The position numbers were made by a program, and so were the translations under genes. This document shows positions 53,353 to 64,000 of a stretch of 64,000 nucleotides of DNA, in pieces (position 1 is the first letter of the stretch; the number at the start of each line of letters is the position of its first letter). Origin of the DNA: Dictyostelium discoideum (Eukaryota); NCBI GenBank assembly GCA_000004695.1, contig CM000152.2, positions 1,600,001 through 1,664,000 on the forward strand, in the 5' to 3' direction. The notes below the pieces were generated by a model. The model searched no databases, was not told the origin of the DNA, and saw only the letters and a program-made list of their open reading frames with translations.

Positions 53353-53885
53353 AGTAATTATAATCAATATAATTTTAATAATAAAATTAATAGTTATAAG
53401 ATTGGTAATCAAAATAACCCAATATTAAGTAAAGGTATGATTGGTGGTGATTTAACGAGTTCATGGTTTCAAATATCGGAATCATTCGATAAGAGTATAA
53501 TTTTATCAAGTAAATGGACAGATTCATTATTTTTTGGTGGATCATCTCAATTATTACCAAGTGTATTGGTAAAGGATAAAGGTGTCTATGAATTAGTTTC
53601 AAATAACTATTGTGCTCAATTTACAAATGCTTCAGAGGAATTTATGAAAACTTGTGTAAACTTTATTCAATTAGGTAAATATCATAGATTATGGATATCA
53701 TGTTATGGTACTCTCTACTCTATTACAATGACTCCAAAGAATGAAAAATTCATTGAATGGATTCCCACTGTCTTTGAAACTCTACCTCAAAATTCAACTG
53801 CTCGTTCAAATAATTTATCTCATTCAAAATATTTTAAAGTTTCTCAAATGATTGGTTATTCTTTAATTGATTTTTCAAAAGGTAA

Positions 53886-53945
<60 letters not shown>

Positions 53946-54895
53946 TTTATCTTATATATATTTATATATTAACTTTTTCTTGTTATCATATTATAATTTG
54001 GATAAAAAAAAATATATATATACATATATTATTATTATTATTAGAATTTAAACCAGAAATAAGTACAAAACATTTAAATAAAAAGAAATTGGAAGATTTA
54101 TTAGCAACAATTCAATCTACAGGATCAATTGCAGAGAGATCAGGAAAAGGTGACGCTGAAATTTATGCTTGCTTACATTTATATAGATGTTGGAGTTGTA
54201 AACAGACCTTAATGAAACCTTTAATTTGTGGTTATTGTAAAACTGTTGCTTATTGTTCAAAAGATTGTCAAAAAGATCATTGGCCAATTCATAAACCATC
54301 TTGCACCCCTCCTATCTTACCATTATTAGTTCATCAACATAATCAACAGCAACAACATCAACAACAACAAATTCAACAATTACAACAACAAATTCAACAA
54401 CAACATCAACAAATTCAACAACAACATCAACAAATACAACAAACTAGAGAAAAGGAAAGACAACAACAACAACAACAACAACAACAGCAGCAGCAGCAGC
54501 AACAACAACAACAAAAACAACAACAACAACAGCAACAACCACCACAAAAACAACCACAACAACAACAAAAACAACAAAAAAAATCAGAGGAATCATTAGA
54601 AGAACAATCAGAAGATCAATCAGAGGATCAATCTGAAGAACAATCAGACCAATCTGATGATCAATCATATTACCAATCTGATGCTGGTGAAGTACCATTA
54701 CGAGTACGACGACCATTGGCCCTAAAACAGGTTCATGGAAAGTACCAACAAGCACACCTACAACAAATGTTGAAAGCAGGATTACTTTCAAATAAGGTGA
54801 GTGGGTTGGAAGGTACTAACTCTGTTGGAAAAGAAGAAGGTAGTAATAATATTACATTTACAAGACATATTACAGGAAAAGTAACTCAGAATTAA
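51481..54895 (+). CDS. MYND-type zinc-finger protein, about 1045 aa, with a Q-rich acidic C-terminus. Exons are 51481..52274, 52389..53881 and 54045..54895.
   Basis: Exon A MDPSKEAILFEYIPKVLF...GVSSLT plus AT ends at a GTAAGT donor at 52275. After a 114-nt intron, acceptor AAAATAG|T joins (I)YKILKEGPNYFQLLFYDTSF...ARYPNFIFILQIPG in phase with the ORF at 52489. Donor AAAG|GTAAAT at 53882 and a 163-nt intron containing (ATT)n lead to acceptor TATTAG|AA and (E)FKPEISTKHL.... The MYND finger reads CLHLYRCWSCKQTLMKPLICGYCKTVAYCSKDCQKDHWPIHKPSC, followed by (QQQ)n and SEDQSEDQSEEQSDQSDDQS. Confidence 0.65.
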
Positions 54896-57800
54896 AACAA
54901 AAAAAACCAAAAAAAAAAAAAAAAAACAAAAAAAAAAAAAAAAAGAAAAAACATAAACAAAGATTTAAAAAATAAAATAATTATACATTTATTTATTTTA
55001 TAAAATATAATTATATATATTGCATAATTTTATCAATTTATTATTATTGTGTTGTTTGTTGTTTATTGTTGGTTGTTGTTTACCTTTTCAAGAAATTGTC
55101 TGGGCCAAATATATAATAAATAAAAAAAAAAGATTAAATAAAATTAAAATATTTTATTATTATTTTTGTCTTTAGCATATTTTTTTTATATTATTTTTGT
55201 TTGAGGAGGGTACTCCACTTTAAATAAAAAATCCAAAACTATTTCAAATTGGACCCTACCATCAATGGAAATGATCCTAATCAACAATATAAATAATAAT
55301 AAAATTTTTCTTTTTTTTTTTGTTTAGTAATAATAAAATAAAGAGTTTTTTTTTTATATTCTATAAATTAAATTTTTATTTTTCAAAAACACATTATTTT
55401 AAAGAATTTAATAAAATTTAAACTTTCAATAAAACGTTCTAAAGATTTTAAAATTTCATTTATAAATAAAATTTTTAATATTTCGGACAAAATTTACTAT
55501 TATATATTAAAATTTTAAAATCAAAATTAAAATATGATGGTGTTAAATGTAAAGAAGATGGTAATGTGATTGTAGTTGTTGCAGTTTTAGTTAATGGTGT
55601 AATTTTAATTTTATATTTAAAAATTGTTGTTTTTAATTCTTAAACCTAATCGATATACTGGAAAACCAGTATTTCCTATGGTTATCATTTATCTCTATAT
55701 ATTTTTTTTGAAAGTAAAAAAAAAAAAAAAAAAAAAAAACAGATAAATAATTTAATAACAAAAACGAATAAAAAATAATAAAAACAGATAAAGATTTTTT
55801 TAATTTAAATCCATTTAAATTTATTTTTATTAAGTGTTAAATAACACACCAGAATTAATTTAAATTTTTTCTATTTATTTTTTTTTTTTAATTATACAGT
55901 AATAAATATTATTTCCCAAATAAACCCTTAATTTTATAATTATTATTATTATTATTAATATTATTATTATTTAATTTATTTTTATTATTATTTAATATTA
56001 TTATTATTTTATTTTTTTTTTTAAAAAAATATATTTTGAATAATAAAATAAATTATAAAATTTAAAAATAAAGCTTATTCAAAAATATTTCTGTTTTAAA
56101 AAATAAAATTTTAAATCAAATAATCAAAAGTCTTTGTTGTCTTTTGTTTTTATGGTCCAAGTAATTCTTATGAAGGAAGGGTTTAGTGTAGAGAAACTGT
56201 ATAAAAAAATTAAAAAAAAATTATTATTTTAAAATGGGGGGTAGTTGATAAAAATGATTATTAATTTTTTTTTTTTTTTTTTCTAAACAATTTTATTTAT
56301 TTTATTTTTTATTTTATTTTTAAATTGTTATTTAATTCAATTATTTTTGTTGTTTCAATATATGTAGAAATTAATAATCATTGGTTTTTGGAAATTTTAA
56401 CTATAGTTTCAAAGTTGGTTGTAAAAACATTAGGTAGAAGTTTTTAATAGATTCACAAAAGATAAAAACTTCATTTAGGGGGTAACAAGTATAAAAGAAA
56501 AAGAGTTTGGCAGGTTTAATTAATGTAATCTTTTTTAAGGTTCCAACACCCTAATCAATAAAAAAACAAAAAAAATTCATATATCCAAACATACACACAC
56601 TCACACATTCACATTTTACCAAGATATATGATTATATGAAGTGTGGTTTAAAGTTTAAAAAAAAAAAAAAAAAAAAAAAAGAAAATTGTACAAATCAACA
56701 CTAACAAACACACATTACCACAAAATCTTTTGTTAATCTCTAAGATATTTTTAAATAATTTAAAAATTTAACCCACTAAACATAGTTTTTTAAACAAAAA
56801 TTTAAAAAAAAACACAAAATTCACTATGAATAAATAGCAATATATCTCATTACTTGAATCATTTTTTAAATTTTAATCTATTTTTATAAAAACACCATAT
56901 AATTATCTAGATTTGGTATTGTTAAAAAACACATAACTGACCACAAATGTTAAGAATCAAAAAAAAAATTAATAAACAAACCAAATTTAACAATTTTTTT
57001 ATTTTAATAAAATAAAATAAAATAAAATATTAAACTATTTAAATCATTGATCTTTTTATTTTTTTTATTATTCCCATCAAAATATTTAAAACTACAAAAC
57101 AAAATAAAATAAAAAATAATAAATCAAATATAATATAATAAAATAAAAATAAAAAAAATAATTCAAAATTAAATAAATAATTAAATAAATAAATAATTAG
57201 ATAAAAAAAATAAAAAAAAAAAAAAACAAAATTTTTTTTTTTTAATAATAAAAAGTTAACAGGAAAAAGTATATTTAAATAAACAAAAAAAAAAAAAATT
57301 ATTTTAAAAAAAATGTCTTTATTAAGTAAGTATTTTTAAATAAATCACATGTGTATTAATAAATTATTTTTTTTTAATTAAAAAAATTTAAAAATCTAAT
57401 AATTTTTTTTTTTGTTAAAAATAGAATCAATCACTTCATTAAATTCAATTTCAAAAAAATCAAATTCCAATAATATAGTAAATAATAACAATAAATTTTT
57501 ACACAATTATTCAGAATCATCAACATCATGGTGTTTAATATTCCAATACACAGGAAAAAAGACTTTCCTTGCATGTATTTGAAATAATAATAAGAATTTT
57601 AATAATAATAGTAATGATAATAATAATAGTATAAAAATATAGAAAAATAATTTTGAAATCAATATAATTTTAAAAAAATTTGACCGATATTGTATCACCA
57701 ATGATAGTAATTAATATATATTTAATAATTTTAAAAATAAAAATTTAATTTTTTATAAAAACTTTTTTTTTTTTTTTTTTTAATTAAAAAAAACTATTAG

Positions 57801-58913
57801 ATAATTTTAATTCTTTTTCTACTATTTTATATCCCATTATAACCAACCAGTAAATTTTAAGGAGTAGAAAAATGTTAATAAAAACAAAAAATATTTTAAA
57901 AATTAATTTATTGGAGAAAATAAAATTTTTTAAAGGAATAATGGTAATGATAATTTTATTAATAATGTTAATTCATCCTCTTTCTGGGATTTTAATCTTT
58001 TTTAAAGACCAGCTTTTCCCAATGCAGTTGCAACATTAAGGAGTAAATTGCTTACAAGACCTTCTGAAATTTTATTTTGAGTGAATTGAGTTGTGGTGTC
58101 AGATTTGTTGACATCATTTGATTTGTTTAAGTTGTTAACTTTTGAAATTGAGGAGATTGAAGCTATTAATTATTAAAAAAAATTAGAATTAATAAAAATA
58201 TACATATTTTTTTTTTTGAAACTCTAATTTCATTTTATTAATAATTACTATAGAGCATTTTAAAATATTGATTTGTTTTAATAGGTTGATTTAATGGATA
58301 TGATAATGTTTAAATTTACTCAAATTTATATTAAAAAATTTAGATATTAAAAAAAAGAATTTAAAATTTAAAAATATTAAATATCAAAAAATAAAAATTA
58401 ATTGAAAACATTGATTTACAAATATTATCCTTAATATTTGTAAATTAATTAATTACCACTAAGAAATGGTTTTGATATATTTATGCATATTAAATTGTTG
58501 CTTTTGTTTAGATTAATACTAAATAACAATTTAAAAATAAAAATAAATTAAATTTGTAATTTAAATTTTTTACCACCAAATTAAGTGGGGTATCTCATTT
58601 TCTATACTTCTATTTAAAATTTATATTTAATCAATATCATTTTCAGTATCAAACCAATTGGGGGATATTAAAAACCAATTGATATTTTAATTTCCCCCAA
58701 TATCTAATCTTATTTAATGTATTATTTATAAATATAAACTATGGAGATATGTTTTTTATTTAAATTAATATATTTTATTTATTTATGATAATATAAAAAA
58801 GAGAATAATAAAGAAACACTGTAGAAAAGATTAATGATTTTATATTTTCAAACATTTTTTTTTATTTATTTTTTTTTTAAAAAAAAAAAAAAGAGAGTTT
58901 TTGTTAAAACGTT

Positions 58914-59552
58914 TTAGATTATTAATTGTAAAAATAAAAGAACTGTTGAAAAAATTAAAACTCCATTGACTAGTGGTGTTGAAGCAGTTGATTTTTGATA
59001 CTCTATATTTTTATCGTCATCATAATCAGTGACATACATTTTAAGTGTGCCATCAGATTGTATAACAAGTTGTTCAGAAGATGTTAATACAATACTTTCA
59101 GGTTCTTGGTTAGCTTGGTTTACTGGGACATGCTCGTAGCATTTTGAAACATCAGAGGTACCTTGAATTGAGATAATGTAATCACCACCCAAGAGGTAAT
59201 TGTTCATTTTGATTGAAAAAGACAAGTCACGAGGGATACACATTGAGTATTCCAATGGAGTGGTAGTATATGTCATGTTTGTTTTATCACTAAAAGTACT
59301 GGAAAAGATTAAAGATTCTGGTGCTCCATCAGATGTGATACGAAGCTGCACTGAAACAGAATCATATTCATCTTTTGTTAGTAAAAATTTTGATACCTGG
59401 TGATTTGGAACATTAAATTTTTCATTAATTACTGGCCCACTGGCGATAACAAAAAACTGACCATTATCATACTTTTTCAAGGTATATGATTGTACAGAAA
59501 AAATTAAAATATTAATTATTACTATTAAAAACAATAAATTTAACACATGCAT
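58914..59552 (-). CDS. Predicted secreted or GPI-anchored protein, 212 aa, with an N-terminal signal peptide and a C-terminal hydrophobic tail.
   Basis: MHVLNLLFLIVIINILIFSVQS looks like a signal peptide. The protein has a mature domain with 2 Cys and ends ...STASTPLVNGVLIFSTVLLFLQLII*, which looks like a GPI-attachment signal. Confidence 0.45.
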   Translation of the reverse strand: MHVLNLLFLIVIINILIFSVQSYTLKKYDNGQFFVIASGPVINEKFNVPNHQVSKFLLTKDEYDSVSVQLRITSDGAPESLIFSSTFSDKTNMTYTTTPLEYSMCIPRDLSFSIKMNNYLLGGDYIISIQGTSDVSKCYEHVPVNQANQEPESIVLTSSEQLVIQSDGTLKMYVTDYDDDKNIEYQKSTASTPLVNGVLIFSTVLLFLQLII

Positions 59553-60010
59553 CTTGATATTTTAGTTTTAAACTATTAAATATAATAAAAAGAAAATATA
59601 AATTAAAAATAAAAACAATTTATAGTGAAAAACTCGTTTCAAAAAAAAAACAAACAATATATTTTTTTCATTGTATTTTTTATTTATTAATTTCAATTTA
59701 CAAAATTGGGGTTGTTTTATATCAATTTACAAAATTGATTTGCACAACAAAAAAATTTTTTCTTTTTATTTTTATTTTTATTTTTATTTTTATTTTTATT
59801 TTTATTTTTTTACTTAAAATAATAAGTGTTGCTATAAATAATACACACAAACACACAAATTAAAAAATAAATATATTTTTTTAATTTTTCTTTTATTTAT
59901 TTATTTTTTAATTTGTGTGTTTTTTTAATTCATTTTTTTTTTTAGATCATTTTTTTTTAGATCATTTTTTTTTAATTCATTTTTTTTATTTATAACATAT
60001 AATTTTAAAA

Positions 60011-60469
60011 ATGACAAGTAAATATAGGTGCCAGCATGATAAATTTTCGTTAAAACAATTAAAAAAAAGAGGATTCAGTCTTTACCTTGATGAATTATTT
60101 GACAAAGATGAGTTTCCAAATATTGGCTACTGTACCGAGGAATGTAAAGAAAAAATGAAAGAGATTTATAGGATAACCTTTGAACAATATCTCGAAATAA
60201 TAAATAAATATTACAATGATAGCAGAATTTTTGATTATAACTTAGAAAACAACCCTGAAGAATGTGATCTTTGGATGTATCGAGAATTTTTAAGTGCTCG
60301 ACCCCCCCTCTCACCTCAAGATGAATATGCTAGAATGGCAATAAAAGCAATGAAAGTTGGTATTCAAGATGGAAAGCCTGTTAGATTATGTGAATTGCAG
60401 CCTGGTGTACAATGTGATTTCGATGCAACAAACCTACCTGGCTCTGAAGAAGATGAAAGAGAAAAATAA
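60011..60469 (+). CDS. Orphan ORF of 152 aa, function unknown, with locally elevated G+C and atypical codon choice.
   Basis: MTSKYRCQHDKFSLKQLKKRGFSLYLDEL...ARPPLSPQDEYARMAIKAMKVGIQDGKPVRLCELQPGVQCDFDATNLPGSEEDEREK*. It uses codons rare for Dictyostelium (CCT GGC TCT, CGA CCC CCC CTC, CAG CCT GGT). It lies directly beside the retroelement 3' end, on the opposite strand. Confidence 0.3.
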   Translation: MTSKYRCQHDKFSLKQLKKRGFSLYLDELFDKDEFPNIGYCTEECKEKMKEIYRITFEQYLEIINKYYNDSRIFDYNLENNPEECDLWMYREFLSARPPLSPQDEYARMAIKAMKVGIQDGKPVRLCELQPGVQCDFDATNLPGSEEDEREK

Positions 60470-60746
60470 AATTAAACAATAAGTGTTAAATAAAAAGAAC
60501 TGTTTTTTGAAAAAAAAATTCCCATATAAATAAACAAAGAAACCTCTCTTTATTTTTGGTGTGTTTTTCGTTGAAAATTAAACGATATTTATCTGAAAAA
60601 TCTGAGGATGCCATCTCAACTGATTTTTTAATTTTAATTTTTAATTTTAATTTTTTTTTTTTAATTTTTTTATTTTTTTTTAATTTTTTTTAAGAACTGA
60701 GATATTTTTTGATATAAAAACCAAAATTGTCAAAATCGAAATTGGT

Positions 60747-63700
60747 TTTTTTTTTTTTTTTTTTTTTGATATAAATAAACTATTGTAGTATACAATTAGT
60801 ATGTTATTTTTATTTATTTATTTAAGGTTTTTTAGTTTTTGTGAATTTAAAATGGTATGTTATTTTAGATTAGGTAATTAATAATTAATTGGTGGTGTAA
60901 TTGTTGGAATTGGTTCATTTGTGTTTATGCTCCATTCTTTTTTAAATTTTTTGATGGTTTCGGACCATTGGGTTTCTTTTTGAGTTTTTGTGAGGTTGTT
61001 TTTAATTGAGTATTGGTTAAAGTTGATAATGTTCTTGAATATTCCAATCTTATTAGCCTGTGCCATTTTGATTTTAATATATCATAATCTAGTGTTGTGT
61101 TGTTTATTTGGTTGTTCCAATTTTCAATTGATTGAGTTATATTGATGTCAAATAATGATTTGCATAACCATATCCATATTTGGTGAATAACTAATGAGAT
61201 TATGTTCCAATATGCATGTGTTCTGACTAGATCAAGATTTGTGTTTATATAATTCCAGTTGAACTTGTATTTTTTATATTGTGCGTTTTCTGCAAAATGA
61301 AAATTAATATTGATAGTTGGATCTGGTTTAAATGCTTTGTTGTTTGTTTGTGGTTTATAAATGAGTGTGTATAATTTTGTTGTTTGGTTTTTTGTTAGTG
61401 ACCAGTTTTTGTTTCCATTGCAATTTTTATATATAAAATATTTTAATTTGTCGTAGTTTATGAAGTTGATTGTGTGCTGACAATTGAAAAACAAATGACC
61501 ATAGGGATCATTATTCATTTCATTGTTGCAAATGGGGCAAACTTTGTTGTGTAGATGATTAATCGGAAGACATCTAGCATGGAATCTTTGCATTGTATCA
61601 CGGCCTTTTGGATCTTTTAATTTTTGAATTTTGACAAATAGTTGGTCGTATGTGTATTTCCATAATAGTTGTATTGATTGTTGGTGCGAAGTAAGAAGTA
61701 GATCTGAATATTTCTTGCCAATATAGTCTTTTGATTTACATTGGTGATTGTTGAGTATTGTCGAGTAGATTTCTTTGAGTGTTGGTGGTAGTGAAATATT
61801 ATTTGTGTTTAATGTTTGAGAGGTTTGATTTTTTATTAATATTGGTTGTAGGATTTGAACTTTATCTTTTAGATGTCCAATTTGAGTTGCATAGTTTTCC
61901 CATTCTTTTTTGATTTTTATAAGGTATGGAGAAGAGATTGATTTGTTGATGATTTGATCCATCCAACTTATCATGTATAGTGAATTGTTTGCAGATTTAT
62001 GCATTTGTAAAAATCTGTTGTATATCCAAATCTTTTGAGCAACTTGTCGTAATTGTATATTCCACATACCCCAACCACCTTCTTTTAATGGTTTTAACGA
62101 TCTATCATAACACATCAAAGGTATTTTTGCACGTGATTGGATGGTTGATGTGTTTTTTTCAATGGAATTGGTATCGAGAGTTGGTGATTCAGAATTTGCG
62201 GGAGAATTCATAAACCATGAGATTAATTTATTAATTTGAATTTCTTCATCTTTTGTAAATTCTTCAAGGAATGATAAATATGTTATTGGTGATAGTGAGT
62301 AGGTGTTTATGATGGTTGTTTTTGTTTTTAATGTTGTTCCACTAGTTTTCCATAGTACTAATGATTTAATCAGTGTTTTCATTGTTTCTGGTAATTTCCT
62401 ATGTAAACCATTATGATTAAAGAAATAGCCAAGGACTCTTTCTGATTGATCTTTTTTGGTTATTGGTATTCTTTTTGATTGTGGAATGTTGTTTATTATG
62501 TGTTTATCAGTGATTTTGTGGGGGTTGATTTCTATTATTGCACTTTTGTCAAAATTTAATGATGATGATGTTGAAGCGCAGAAATTATCGAAATGTTTGA
62601 TTGATTGTTGTTGTTGTTCGTAGTTGATGTTGTAGGTTGTAGAGTCGTCTGCAAATTGGGTAAATTTGATTTTAATTTGTGGATTGGGTGAAATTGGTAA
62701 TCCAATTATTGTATTGTCTGCATTTATTGTTCTTGCTAATATTTCAATTACAATTACAAATAAAGTGGCTGAGATTGGGTCACCTTGTTTTACACCTCTT
62801 TTAATATCGAATTTTCTGGTCGTTTTACCATTAATTAAAATTTTTGCTTGTGAGTCAGATAATAGCTTGTGGATTAAATTTATTAATTTTATTGGTATAC
62901 CAATATGAATTAATGTTCTTTTAATACTATCGTGAGAGATAGAATCAAATGCTTTAAATAAGTCAAATAGTGTGATGATACCAGGGAGGTTTTTAGATTT
63001 GAGGTAGTTGATTAATTCATTGATGTTGATGATGTTGTCTATGATGAATCTGTGGGGTACGAAACCAGTTTGGTTGTTGTTGATGAAAGGAAGTATTCTC
63101 AGAAGACGTGTATTGATTACTTTTGAGAGGATCTTGTAATCAGTGTTTAGAAGTGTAATGGGAAGACGATTTGATATGAGTAAGGGGTTGCCTTTCTTGT
63201 ATATTGTGTGTATAAGACCTTCGGTGAATTCTGTTGTGATGTGGTGAGGATTTTCTAGTATATCGTTGAATAATGTAGTGAGAATTGGTTTAACTTGGTT
63301 TAAATGATTAATGTAGAATGCATTTGTAATGCCATCTGGACCGGTGATTTGTTGGGGTTACAGGTTTTAATTGCAGCTTCAACTTCATCTTGTATAAATG
63401 GTGAGTCTAAACCATTCCAATTTTCATTTTTTATGATGGGCCATGTGTTTAGCATGAGCTGGTGAGTAATTGGACAACATATTTGTAAGCTATACAGATT
63501 TGTGTAGAATTCAACAAACGCATTTTCAATTTGGTCGGGGTCGGATGTAATGATGTTACCATATTGGATTGATTCAATTTTTGCATCTTTTGATCTTTTG
63601 TTTAGTATTGCTGATAGATACTTACTAGGTATTTCTCCATTTATATGTTTTTTTAATATGTTTGTGTGGTTTTGATGTAATTTGTTTTTGTTACATATAA

Positions 63701-64000
63701 TATTGTATTCAGCAATGCATTGTTCTTCAAGATGTTTGAATTTTGCTGCTTTTTCTAATAGAATTTGTTTTGCACGTTGAGTTTGTTTGTCTTTATTATA
63801 TTGATAGTTTTTTAGAGTTTTAATAATTTTTGATTTTACTTTTGACCAATTTGTAAATTGATTGATTGATGTGTTATTGTGATTAATTATTAAATGATTG
63901 ATAATATTGATTGCTTCATGGTCATTTGCAGTACCAGGTGATAATATCCATCTTTTCTTATGTTTATTTATTTGAAAAGGTGAAGAAATTGTTGTTGATA
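60747..64000 (-). mobile_element. Non-LTR (LINE-like, TRE/DRE-type) retrotransposon: 3' part with the poly(A) tail at the low-coordinate end. It runs off the window at 64000.
   Basis: Minus-strand translation from 64000 downward gives a reverse transcriptase: NPNKSP(G)PDGITNAFYINHLNQVKPILTTLFNDILE...QTGFVPHRFIIDNIINI...ITLFDLFKAFDSISHDSIKRTL...INGKTTRKFDIKRGVKQGDPISATLFVIVIEIL...KFTQFADDSTTY (the FADD box). A CCHC region follows in the 485-aa ORF (HARCLPINHLHNKVCPICNNEMNNDPYGHLFFNC). The stop is at 60925, then a 3' UTR and a T21 run on the plus strand at 60748-60768, which is the poly(A) tail on the element strand. Confidence 0.75.
60925..64000 (-). pseudogene. Retrotransposon ORF2 (reverse transcriptase plus C-terminal zinc knuckle), disrupted by at least one frameshift; 5' part outside the window.
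   Basis: The RT reading frame breaks at about 63340-63360: ...TCNPNKSPVQMALQMHSTLII* in one frame, whereas the conserved continuation GPDGITNAFYINHLNQ is in the +1 frame (a missing G in CCGGTCC). Further short frame changes and stops occur between 62383 and 63300. Confidence 0.6.

Noticed and set aside
57950-58160. Minus-strand 55-codon open frame ending ...NLLLNVATALGKAGL* (about 58015-58180).
   Set aside because: It has no start codon in frame, no convincing splice acceptor, and no recognisable similarity. It is below the length where a call is supportable.
62666-62908. Plus-strand 80-aa ORF inside the retroelement (also 61980..62213).
   Set aside because: It is antisense to the reverse-transcriptase coding sequence and is a chance ORF.

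Overview
The window looks like Dictyostelium discoideum nuclear DNA. It is about 75-80% A+T, with homopolymer-rich intergenic spacers, short AT-rich introns of GTAAGT...AG type, and long (AAT)n, (CAA)n and (ATT)n tracts that code for poly-N and poly-Q. It is gene-dense. I can support about 20 protein-coding genes on both strands. Many are spliced, and the stop-to-stop ORF track splits or truncates them.

Family calls rest on motifs I could read directly. In window order the genes are:
- a 5'-truncated A/B-type cyclin;
- MED22;
- a chorein-N bridge-like lipid-transfer protein;
- a Q/N/P-rich protein of about 1300 aa;
- a CH-IQ-DH-PH RacGEF;
- a T1-BTB/Kelch protein;
- the 34 kDa actin-bundling protein abpB;
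- 6-pyruvoyl-tetrahydropterin synthase;
- an ~82-aa exon-like segment of an uncharacterised membrane protein with an internal duplication (low confidence);
- the GATOR1 subunit DEPDC5/Iml1;
- two tandem paralogous small TM proteins;
- a 1086-aa unknown protein;
- a HELQ/Hel308 helicase;
- eIF3 subunit C;
- TRIP13/Pch2, with an apparent +1 frameshift in an A5 run;
- methionyl-tRNA synthetase with a C-terminal EMAP-II-like domain;
- a MYND zinc-finger protein;
- a GPI-anchor-like secreted protein;
- an orphan ORF with atypical composition.

The 3' end of the window (about 60.7-64.0 kb) is a minus-strand non-LTR retrotransposon of the TRE/DRE type. It has a poly(A) tail, a C-terminal CCHC region and a frameshifted reverse-transcriptase ORF. 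I found no tRNA, rRNA or CRISPR features, as expected for eukaryotic DNA.
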